Made by a program: the position numbers and the translations under genes. DNA of 10,136 bases from Calditrichaceae bacterium (GTDB lineage: Bacteria > Calditrichota > Calditrichia > Calditrichales > JBFXGD01): assembly GCA_050178385.1 (NCBI GenBank), contig JBFXGD010000132.1, positions 1-10,136 of the forward strand. Reading direction: 5' to 3'. The notes below the pieces were generated by a model. That model did no database searches and had not been told where the DNA came from. It saw nothing but the letters and a program-made list of their open reading frames with translations. This document shows, in pieces, positions 1 through 6,999 of the stretch; position 1 is the stretch's first letter; every line of letters begins with the position of its first letter.

Positions 1-60
1 AATTTTCCGATATTCGGTGTTTTCAGGTATTTAATGTATCAATAAGTCAGGCGGGATTTT

Positions 61-729
61 ATGAAACAACCCAGGTTGATTCCTTTAAAAAGTTTTCATG
101 AATACACAGAAAGCGAAATGCTCGACCGGGCGCGGCGGTTTTACACTGACATAAGCAGCCGGCGCTCAATTCGTAACTTTTCAGATAAAGAAGTCCCGAA
201 AAATATTATTGAATACTGTATCCGCTCAGCCTGTACGGCTCCCAGCGGCGCGAATAAACAGCCCTGGTATTTCGCGGCGGTATCTGATCCTGCCGTTAAA
301 AGGGAAATCCGGATAGCGGCCGAAAATGAAGAGCGCGCGTTTTATCATTCCCGGGCGACAAAAGAATGGCTTGATGATTTGGCTCCAATCGGTACCGATG
401 AACATAAGCCATTTCTTGAAACCGCCCCCTGGCTCATCGCCATTTTTGATCAACGATACGGAATCAACTCAGATGGCAAGAAAGAAAAGCATTATTACAC
501 AGCCGAATCGGTCGGCATCGCCACAGGGATGCTGATCACGGCCTTACATCTATCCGGCCTGGCAACATTAACTCACACTCCAAGCCCCATGGGATTTTTG
601 AATAAAATTCTGAACAGACCCGAAAATGAAAAACCGTTTTTACTTTTGGTGGTTGGTTATCCTTCAAAAGAAGCCATGGTTCCCGAAATAACAAAGAAAG
701 CCCCGGGGGAGATTTATTCATTTATCTGA
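61..729 (+). CDS. iyd: Iodotyrosine deiodinase-like FMN-dependent reductive dehalogenase (nitroreductase superfamily), 222 aa
   Basis: Nitroreductase FMN-binding motifs RRSIRNF and [10 protein letters not shown], plus C-terminal LVVGYP. IYD-specific lid segment AENEERAFY...[24 protein letters not shown] and [10 protein letters not shown]...[10 protein letters not shown]91/Y95/K116/T173 have the same spacing (+4, +25, +82) as human IYD E157/Y161/K182/T239. No N-terminal membrane anchor. Confidence 0.92.
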   Translation: MKQPRLIPLKSFHEYTESEMLDRARRFYTDISSRRSIRNFSDKEVPKNIIEYCIRSACTAPSGANKQPWYFAAVSDPAVKREIRIAAENEERAFYHSRATKEWLDDLAPIGTDEHKPFLETAPWLIAIFDQRYGINSDGKKEKHYYTAESVGIATGMLITALHLSGLATLTHTPSPMGFLNKILNRPENEKPFLLLVVGYPSKEAMVPEITKKAPGEIYSFI

Positions 730-775
730 CTATAATGCAATGATTCATCAGCGATTTCGAGTTACTCAGCATTTA

Positions 776-789
776 TGCAATCATTTGCA
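776..789. promoter_or_regulatory. Putative LacI-family (MalR-like) operator, TGCAATCATTTGCA
   Basis: 14-bp dyad TGCAA-TCAT-TTGCA. It fits the LacI-family TGNAANCGNTTNCA pattern except that the central CG is CA. It lies upstream of a GH13 gene and overlaps the predicted -35 element. Confidence 0.4.
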
Positions 790-813
790 AAATTTAATTT
801 CTCGCTTTAATTT
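785..813 (+). promoter_or_regulatory. Putative sigma70-type promoter for the large GH13 gene
   Basis: TTGCAA (785-790), 17-bp spacer, TAATTT (808-813), about 40 nt upstream of the ATG at 852. Confidence 0.4.
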
Positions 814-851
814 GAAATCTACCGATATTGAATCAAACAAGCGGAGATAAG

Positions 852-3800
852 ATGTCTGCAGGCCCCGAACATAGAGTTTTAAATATAAATTTTTCCAAAA
901 ACAAACATGTGACAGATGACAATATTCCATGTTTTGAATTCCATCTTTCAAAAAAAGCGCGGATCAAATACATCGTTGATGAAACTCTTTTTTCGATCAA
1001 AGGCCATGTTGTTTTTGCCAATATTGCCGCGGCAAGAAATTTTGTGCTTAATATTAATAAAGAACGGGCCGCAGAAAACGTGTTGAACGCGTCTGAAATA
1101 AACGCCATGGGACTGCTTGATGAAATCATGCACTATGTTATTGAAACCTACCGCTCCGAGAAAAATCCGTCTCTTTTTAACAAAATTGAAAATTATCTAA
1201 CGGATGGGCTGGGCGGCGAAGCTCTGGATAAATTATTACATGTTTTCGCGGAAGCTTTTCCAACAACGGGAGTTTATAACGGTAAGATGACTGCCGGTGA
1301 ATATTTAAAAGGGTCAACCGGCGATTTATCTAACAGGCACGTCATTCTTGAAGAAATCATGGTGCTCTGGCTGGACAACCGAAATCCGGCATATGAACCC
1401 ATATTTGATTTGATCGATGAAAAAGAACTCACCGGAACAATTTATAACGAATCATTCGTTTTGCTGAACGCCTTTTTCCAGCAGGAGCCTAAGTTCGGGC
1501 CGGAGGATCTTCCTCTGCTCGACCTTTTATTGCAGCCGTCAAAGAAATTTCCGCATTCCATTACAGCCCAGCTTGAATATATTCGCAAGAAATGGTCTGT
1601 TCTGATTCCTTCCTTTCTTTCACGTATTTTACTTGGAATGGATTTAATCAAAGAAGAGCAAAAGCCGCGGTTTGACACCGGTTTGTTTGGCCACGGACCG
1701 ACGGAAGTGTCTCAGTTCACCGGCGTGGAATATGAACAGGAACCCGAAAGATTTAGTCAGGATTTACACTGGATGCCCAGGCTTGTTCTCATGGCGAAAA
1801 GCACATATGTATGGCTTGACCAGTTAAGCAAACAGTATCAAAGAAATATCTATCGTCTTGACCAGGTTCCCGATGAGGAGCTTGACAGACTTGCGAAGAG
1901 CGGATTTACCGGATTATGGCTAATTGGCCTGTGGGAACGCAGCAAGGCTTCCCGCCGCATAAAGCAAATCAGCGGTAATCCCGAAGCTGTCGCCTCTGCT
2001 TATTCACTCTATAATTACTCTATCGCCCATGATCTTGGTGGCGATGAGGCTTATCAGAATCTAAAGGACCGCGCCTGGAAAAAAGGCATCCGTCTGGCAA
2101 GCGATATGGTACCCAATCATATGGGCATCGATTCCGAATGGCTGATAAATCATCCGTCCTGGTTTGTCCAGAGTCACCAGCCGCCGTTCCCCGGGTATCG
2201 ATTTACCGGACAGGATTTAAGCGATGATCCGCGCGTGGGCATATTTATTGAAGACGGCTACTGGAATAAAACTGACGCGGCCGTGGTATTCAAAAGGCTT
2301 GATCGACACACCGGCGATGTCCGCTATGTGTATCACGGAAACGATGGTACCAGTATGCCTTGGAATGATACCGCCCAGCTAAACTATCTTATGCCTGAGG
2401 TTCGTGAGGCGGTGATTCAGACCATACTTCATGTGGCGCGCAAGTTTCCGATCATACGCTTTGACGCGGCCATGACCCTGGCAAAGAAACATTATCAGCG
2501 TCTCTGGTTTCCGGAACCCGGCAGCGGCGGTGATATCCCTTCACGCGCGGAACAGGGGCTAACAAAAGCCCATTTTGACCGGCTCTTCCCCATAGAGTTC
2601 TGGAGAGAAGTCGTTGATCGGGTGCAGCAGGAAGTACCCGATACCTTGCTCCTCGCTGAAGCGTTCTGGATGATGGAAGGGTATTTTGTCCGATCCCTCG
2701 GCATGCATCGAGTTTATAACAGCGCCTTTATGAACATGCTGAAAAAAGAAGAGAACCAAAAATATAGAGAATCAATCCGCAATGTTCTCGAATTTAATCC
2801 GCAGATATTAAAGCGATATGTTAATTTTATGAACAATCCGGATGAAGAAACGGCCATTGCTCAGTTCGGAAAAGATGATAAATATTTTGGCGTTTGTATC
2901 CTGATGTGCACAATGCCCGGCCTACCGATGTTTGGGCATGGTCAGATCGAGGGATATAAAGAGAAATACGGTATGGAGTACCGGCGCGCTTACTGGGATG
3001 AACAGCCGGATGAATGGCTGGTAAAACGTCATGAACGAGAAATTTTCCCCCTGATGAAAAAACGCTATCTGTTCAGCGATGTGGAAGAGTTTTTGTTATA
3101 TGATTTTTTCGCGCCTGAAGGATTTGTAAATGAAAATGTGTTTGCCTACAGCAACCGCTCGGGATCCGAAAGTTGTCTTGTGCTTTATAACAACAAATTT
3201 GAAAACTCGTCCGGCTGGGTGAAGACATCTGTTGGGTTTAAAAATTCCGAAGACAACATTGTTCAAAAAACTTTGGGTGAGGGGCTTAGATTAACTCATG
3301 ACAACCAAAAATTTATCATATTCAGGGATCATATCACAGGCCTGGAGTATATACGGTCCAGTAAGGATCTCTCTGAAAACGGATTGTTTGTGGAGTTAGG
3401 CGCGTTCAAGTACAACGTTTTTCTGGATTTTCATGAGGTCACCAACTCCGCGCAGGAACCGTGGGCCGAACTTAATCATTATCTGCAGGGACGTCCGGTG
3501 GAATCGATCGCAGAAGCCCTGACCGAATACCGGTTCGGACCGGTTATTCATGCTTTTGACGAAGCCATTAATCCCGGCAGCCTGCACTGGCTTCTGCAGG
3601 GATTGAAGGATCAAAAGATTGATAAAAATATTTACAAATCGTTCTTGAAAAAAACCGACCTGCTTCTCAGTTCAGCGCGGCCGTTTATTGATACCGAAAC
3701 AGACACCAAGTCTGGTTCTGAATCATCTGATAGGTATTATCCTTCACTATTAAATCTACCGAATATCTCAAAGTGTGTTCAGAATGGTAAAAGAAAAGCG

Positions 3801-4373
3801 GCAAAAATTGAATCTGTTCTCCTTGAATCGTTTCAGCCTGATACAGACGGATTGTCAACCGGTCACCGTATTCTTCTGACTTTATCATTTTTAGAATCCC
3901 TGTCTGTGCTGTTTTCATTGGACAGTAATAAGGAAAAGGATCTTTCTTTTATAAATGACTGGTCTCTTGATAAGGTTATCCGGCGAAATTATTTAAAAAT
4001 AGGCATTGAGTCCTCCCAAATCGCCGCTGATATCGAGTTAATCTATATCCTGCTTACCGTAAATACTGACATCCTCTTTGATGATGAATCACTTGTTCGC
4101 GCGCATACCGAAGAATTGTTTTCTGATCCTCATGTCCGTTCTTATAATATGATTAATCTTTATCAGGGTATATGGTATTTCCAAAAAGAGGCATTCGAAA
4201 AATTATTAAACTGGATATTAGTTTTGTCGGTCCTCGACATTCTCCGGAACGCTGAAAAAATAAACACTCCGGTTCTTAACAAACTATTGAGTGCTCTGGA
4301 TAGGATTGAACTGCTCAAAAACACCGCAGATAAAAGCGGCTACGATCTGCATATATTTCTAAAAATGTTATAG
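852..4373 (+). CDS. Large alpha-amylase family (GH13) glycoside hydrolase/transglycosylase, about 1173 aa, probably cytoplasmic
   Basis: GH13 conserved regions: I SDMVPNH (Asp codon at 2103), II IRFDAA (nucleophile Asp, 2463-2465), III LAEAFW (acid/base Glu, 2658-2660), IV FMNNPD (Asp, 2841-2843). Also GFTGLWLIGLW, WNDTAQLNY and MPGLPMFGHGQIEG. No signal peptide. The ORF track starts at TTG 828; I prefer ATG 852 because GGAG (843-846) lies 5 nt upstream of it. Confidence 0.9.
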   Translation: MSAGPEHRVLNINFSKNKHVTDDNIPCFEFHLSKKARIKYIVDETLFSIKGHVVFANIAAARNFVLNINKERAAENVLNASEINAMGLLDEIMHYVIETYRSEKNPSLFNKIENYLTDGLGGEALDKLLHVFAEAFPTTGVYNGKMTAGEYLKGSTGDLSNRHVILEEIMVLWLDNRNPAYEPIFDLIDEKELTGTIYNESFVLLNAFFQQEPKFGPEDLPLLDLLLQPSKKFPHSITAQLEYIRKKWSVLIPSFLSRILLGMDLIKEEQKPRFDTGLFGHGPTEVSQFTGVEYEQEPERFSQDLHWMPRLVLMAKSTYVWLDQLSKQYQRNIYRLDQVPDEELDRLAKSGFTGLWLIGLWERSKASRRIKQISGNPEAVASAYSLYNYSIAHDLGGDEAYQNLKDRAWKKGIRLASDMVPNHMGIDSEWLINHPSWFVQSHQPPFPGYRFTGQDLSDDPRVGIFIEDGYWNKTDAAVVFKRLDRHTGDVRYVYHGNDGTSMPWNDTAQLNYLMPEVREAVIQTILHVARKFPIIRFDAAMTLAKKHYQRLWFPEPGSGGDIPSRAEQGLTKAHFDRLFPIEFWREVVDRVQQEVPDTLLLAEAFWMMEGYFVRSLGMHRVYNSAFMNMLKKEENQKYRESIRNVLEFNPQILKRYVNFMNNPDEETAIAQFGKDDKYFGVCILMCTMPGLPMFGHGQIEGYKEKYGMEYRRAYWDEQPDEWLVKRHEREIFPLMKKRYLFSDVEEFLLYDFFAPEGFVNENVFAYSNRSGSESCLVLYNNKFENSSGWVKTSVGFKNSEDNIVQKTLGEGLRLTHDNQKFIIFRDHITGLEYIRSSKDLSENGLFVELGAFKYNVFLDFHEVTNSAQEPWAELNHYLQGRPVESIAEALTEYRFGPVIHAFDEAINPGSLHWLLQGLKDQKIDKNIYKSFLKKTDLLLSSARPFIDTETDTKSGSESSDRYYPSLLNLPNISKCVQNGKRKAAKIESVLLESFQPDTDGLSTGHRILLTLSFLESLSVLFSLDSNKEKDLSFINDWSLDKVIRRNYLKIGIESSQIAADIELIYILLTVNTDILFDDESLVRAHTEELFSDPHVRSYNMINLYQGIWYFQKEAFEKLLNWILVLSVLDILRNAEKINTPVLNKLLSALDRIELLKNTADKSGYDLHIFLKML

Positions 4374-4508
4374 TTTTTTTCTGTTTGCCCTCGAGAGGTT
4401 TTGGCTCTATTGCCATATTCCAGTCTTCGGAAATATCTGTAAATGTGATATACGTTAATAGTAGCAGTACACATAATAACAGATCTTTTTAATAACCGGG
4501 GGAACACA

Positions 4509-6254
4509 ATGGCCGTATCACATGAGCAGCTTATACTATCCATTCCGGAACATCTCAGACAGTTCGTTGTCGAACAAAATTATGACCGCTACACATCCCG
4601 GGATCAGGCAGTCTGGCGTTATATTATGCGCAGGAATGTAAACTTTCTAAAAAAACATGCCCATCCCGCCTATTTTGACGGACTAAAAAAGACCGGAATC
4701 AGCATTGATAAAATCCCTGATATCGGGGAGATGAATGTTGCGCTCGAGAAAATAGGGTGGCGGGCTGTTGTGGTTGACGGATTTATTCCGCCGGCGGCCT
4801 TTATGGAATTTCAGACGCACAAAATTTTGGTAGTATCCGCAGAAATAAGGACAATTCAGCATATTCTTTATACACCGGCCCCTGACATAGTGCATGAGGC
4901 AGCCGGCCATGCCCCTTTTATCGCTGATGAACAGTATGGCCGGTTTCTTCAAAAGATTGGGGAATACGGATCAAAAGCCTTTTCATCGATACTTGATTAT
5001 GAGATTTATGAAGCCATTCGACATTTATCAATCATCAAGGAATATCCGGACGCATCTGAGGATGATCTGGAAAAAGCGGAAAAAGAATTAAGCCGGAAGA
5101 TCGCCGCCAACACCGTGCCTTCCGAAGCAACTCTTCTCTCCAGGCTGCACTGGTGGACGGTTGAATACGGATTAACCGGCACGCCCGATGATATTAAGAT
5201 TTATGGCGCCGGCCTGCTTTCTTCAGTCGGTGAAAGCAAAAACTGCCTCAGTCCGAAAGTAAAAAAGCTCCCTCTTTCCATCCATTCCGTAAACTATAAT
5301 TATGATATTACAAAAGAACAGCCTCAGCTCTTCATCGCCAATGACTGGGCTCATTTAAATCAGGTTTTGGAGGAATTCGCCGATTCCATGTGTCTCAGGA
5401 GGGCTTCAACCAAGTGCATCAAAACCGCGATTGACTCAAAGAATGTTGCCACCATCGAGTTATCATCAGGCATTCAGATATCTGGCGTGTTTACATCGGT
5501 AATGACGGACTCAGAAAACCAGCCTGTACATATCGAAACCAATGGTAAGACCGCTTTTTCTTTTGAGAATACAGAACTCGAAAATCAGGGTGTTGATCAA
5601 CATCCCGACGGCATAGAGTTTCCTGTTGGGGATCTCATAAATATCCGTATACCACTTGAAGAGTTTTCGGATTCTGAATTGCAAAAACTGGTTCAGGATG
5701 ATCAACGCGTAAGTCTAAACTATGAATCCGGCATAGTCATAACCGGCAAACTCCGGCAAGCCGTTCGTAAAAACGGCAAAATTATTCTCCTGCGTTTTAC
5801 GGATTTTCACATAAGCAGCCCCGGCAAGGAAGCAATGAATTGGCATCAATCCGAAATCTATGATATGGCGGTCGGCGCAAGTATTGTATCTGTCTATTCC
5901 GGATCCGCGGACAAAACCCGTTTTAACGTAATGCCTCCAAAATCAGAGAAAAAAGCGATCCCCGTTGAACATTCGGATGATGAATTGCAATTATTTGAGT
6001 GGTACGACATAGTAAGACAGATGAGAGAATTGAATGATTTCAACTATGGGGTTTTAAAATCCATCTTTTATAAAATTGCCGAAAATTATCCGCTGGAATG
6101 GCTTCTGCCGCTTGAAATTTATGAATTGTTACGATTAAACCAGAGTAAAAAGGATGTACTTGTTCTCGGTATATATTCTCATCTTAATGAATTAAAAAAA
6201 TTCAGCTCAGAATATGAAACGATTATCTCGGGCGGAATGGACGTTTTGGAGTAA
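4509..6254 (+). CDS. phhA: Aromatic amino acid hydroxylase (phenylalanine 4-monooxygenase-like, long form), 581 aa
   Basis: Pterin-dependent hydroxylase motifs: YTSRDQAVWR, GWRAVVVDGFIPP..F, YTPAPDIVHEAAGHAP (Fe ligands H129 and H134), RLHWWTVEYGL (Fe ligand E219), KIYGAGLLSSVGES and YDITKEQPQLF. Purine-rich RBS GGGGGAA at 4498-4504. Phe as substrate is the default assumption and is not proven. Confidence 0.9.
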   Translation: MAVSHEQLILSIPEHLRQFVVEQNYDRYTSRDQAVWRYIMRRNVNFLKKHAHPAYFDGLKKTGISIDKIPDIGEMNVALEKIGWRAVVVDGFIPPAAFMEFQTHKILVVSAEIRTIQHILYTPAPDIVHEAAGHAPFIADEQYGRFLQKIGEYGSKAFSSILDYEIYEAIRHLSIIKEYPDASEDDLEKAEKELSRKIAANTVPSEATLLSRLHWWTVEYGLTGTPDDIKIYGAGLLSSVGESKNCLSPKVKKLPLSIHSVNYNYDITKEQPQLFIANDWAHLNQVLEEFADSMCLRRASTKCIKTAIDSKNVATIELSSGIQISGVFTSVMTDSENQPVHIETNGKTAFSFENTELENQGVDQHPDGIEFPVGDLINIRIPLEEFSDSELQKLVQDDQRVSLNYESGIVITGKLRQAVRKNGKIILLRFTDFHISSPGKEAMNWHQSEIYDMAVGASIVSVYSGSADKTRFNVMPPKSEKKAIPVEHSDDELQLFEWYDIVRQMRELNDFNYGVLKSIFYKIAENYPLEWLLPLEIYELLRLNQSKKDVLVLGIYSHLNELKKFSSEYETIISGGMDVLE

Positions 6255-6255
6255 G

Positions 6256-6999
6256 TTATTTATGCAGAATCGGTGTGACCTGATAGGTGAATATATTTTC
6301 TACTTTATCCAGCTTGCGAATATCAGCTCTGATCGCTTCAGCGGTAGTCTGATACTCTATGGGATAATTAGGATAGATGGGAGAGTCATCAGATTTTCGG
6401 GGTGACACACTTTGCGATAATTCAATCAAAAAAAGTGATTGATAAAAAAACGTCCTCGCGTTCGCGAACTCACCCAGCTGCATCTGGCATAATCCTTTGA
6501 TATGTGTATAAAGAGCTGAAGATCCATTTTGCGCGATGGCCAGATTGACACAATTAACTGCTTTTTCAAATTCTTTTTGTTCATACAACACCACTGAGGC
6601 GAGATAATTCAGGTATTCATCCTTCGGATATTTCGGGTATGTTGCGATGATATATTCATTATATTTTTCACGGTAAGCTTCCCACGCGAACTGGCTGTTA
6701 ATTTCAAATATCTTCTGAATCAATTCCGGGGAAATCTCTTTATATTCTTTTTCAAGCTGCTGATATATGGCAAAAGTGCGTTCAAAAGTAAATGGCTCGT
6801 CATCGAGAATATCAGGGGCATATGAAGGGGGACGATTTGAAAGGCGTTCAATTTCTTCTTCATTATTTTTCATGAAGACTTCGTTGCCGATATCAAAAAC
6901 TTCATTAATTGACGCCAGCGTGAACTCACGGGTAAAGTTACGCTCCGTAAAAACCTTATAAATCTCCTGAATGGTTTCTTTTATGTCTGGCCTGTTCAT
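6256..6999 (-). CDS. Tetratricopeptide repeat (TPR)-containing protein of unknown function, 247 aa
   Basis: Two tandem 34-aa TPR-like units at about aa 128-195 (YLNYLASVVLYEQKEFEKAVNCVNLAIAQNGS / ALYTHIKGLCQMQLGEFANARTFFYQSLFL). The ATG overlaps the upstream TGA (ATGA, 6996-6999) and is preceded by the SD-like AAGGTGA. Confidence 0.75.
   Translation of the reverse strand: MNRPDIKETIQEIYKVFTERNFTREFTLASINEVFDIGNEVFMKNNEEEIERLSNRPPSYAPDILDDEPFTFERTFAIYQQLEKEYKEISPELIQKIFEINSQFAWEAYREKYNEYIIATYPKYPKDEYLNYLASVVLYEQKEFEKAVNCVNLAIAQNGSSALYTHIKGLCQMQLGEFANARTFFYQSLFLIELSQSVSPRKSDDSPIYPNYPIEYQTTAEAIRADIRKLDKVENIFTYQVTPILHK

Noticed and set aside
1..60. Possible 3' end of an upstream gene
   Set aside because: Several frames are open over this short stretch (stops at 32-34 and 43-45) and none can be favoured without upstream sequence.
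828..851. TTG start at 828 for the large GH13 (likewise TTG 9719 for the second GH13)
   Set aside because: Neither TTG has a suitably spaced SD, whereas the in-frame ATGs at 852 and 9713 do.
4374..4415. Possible intrinsic terminator after the large GH13 gene (T7 run, CCTCGAGAGG)
   Set aside because: The T-run precedes rather than follows the dyad, and the stem is only 3-4 bp, which is too weak to call.
4438..4454. TGTAAATGTGATATACG upstream of the hydroxylase, resembling a TyrR/PhhR box (TGTAAA-N6-TTTACA)
   Set aside because: The spacer is 5 rather than 6 nt, the right arm matches only 4/6, and there is a single copy. TyrR/PhhR are mainly gammaproteobacterial and nothing here indicates such a host.
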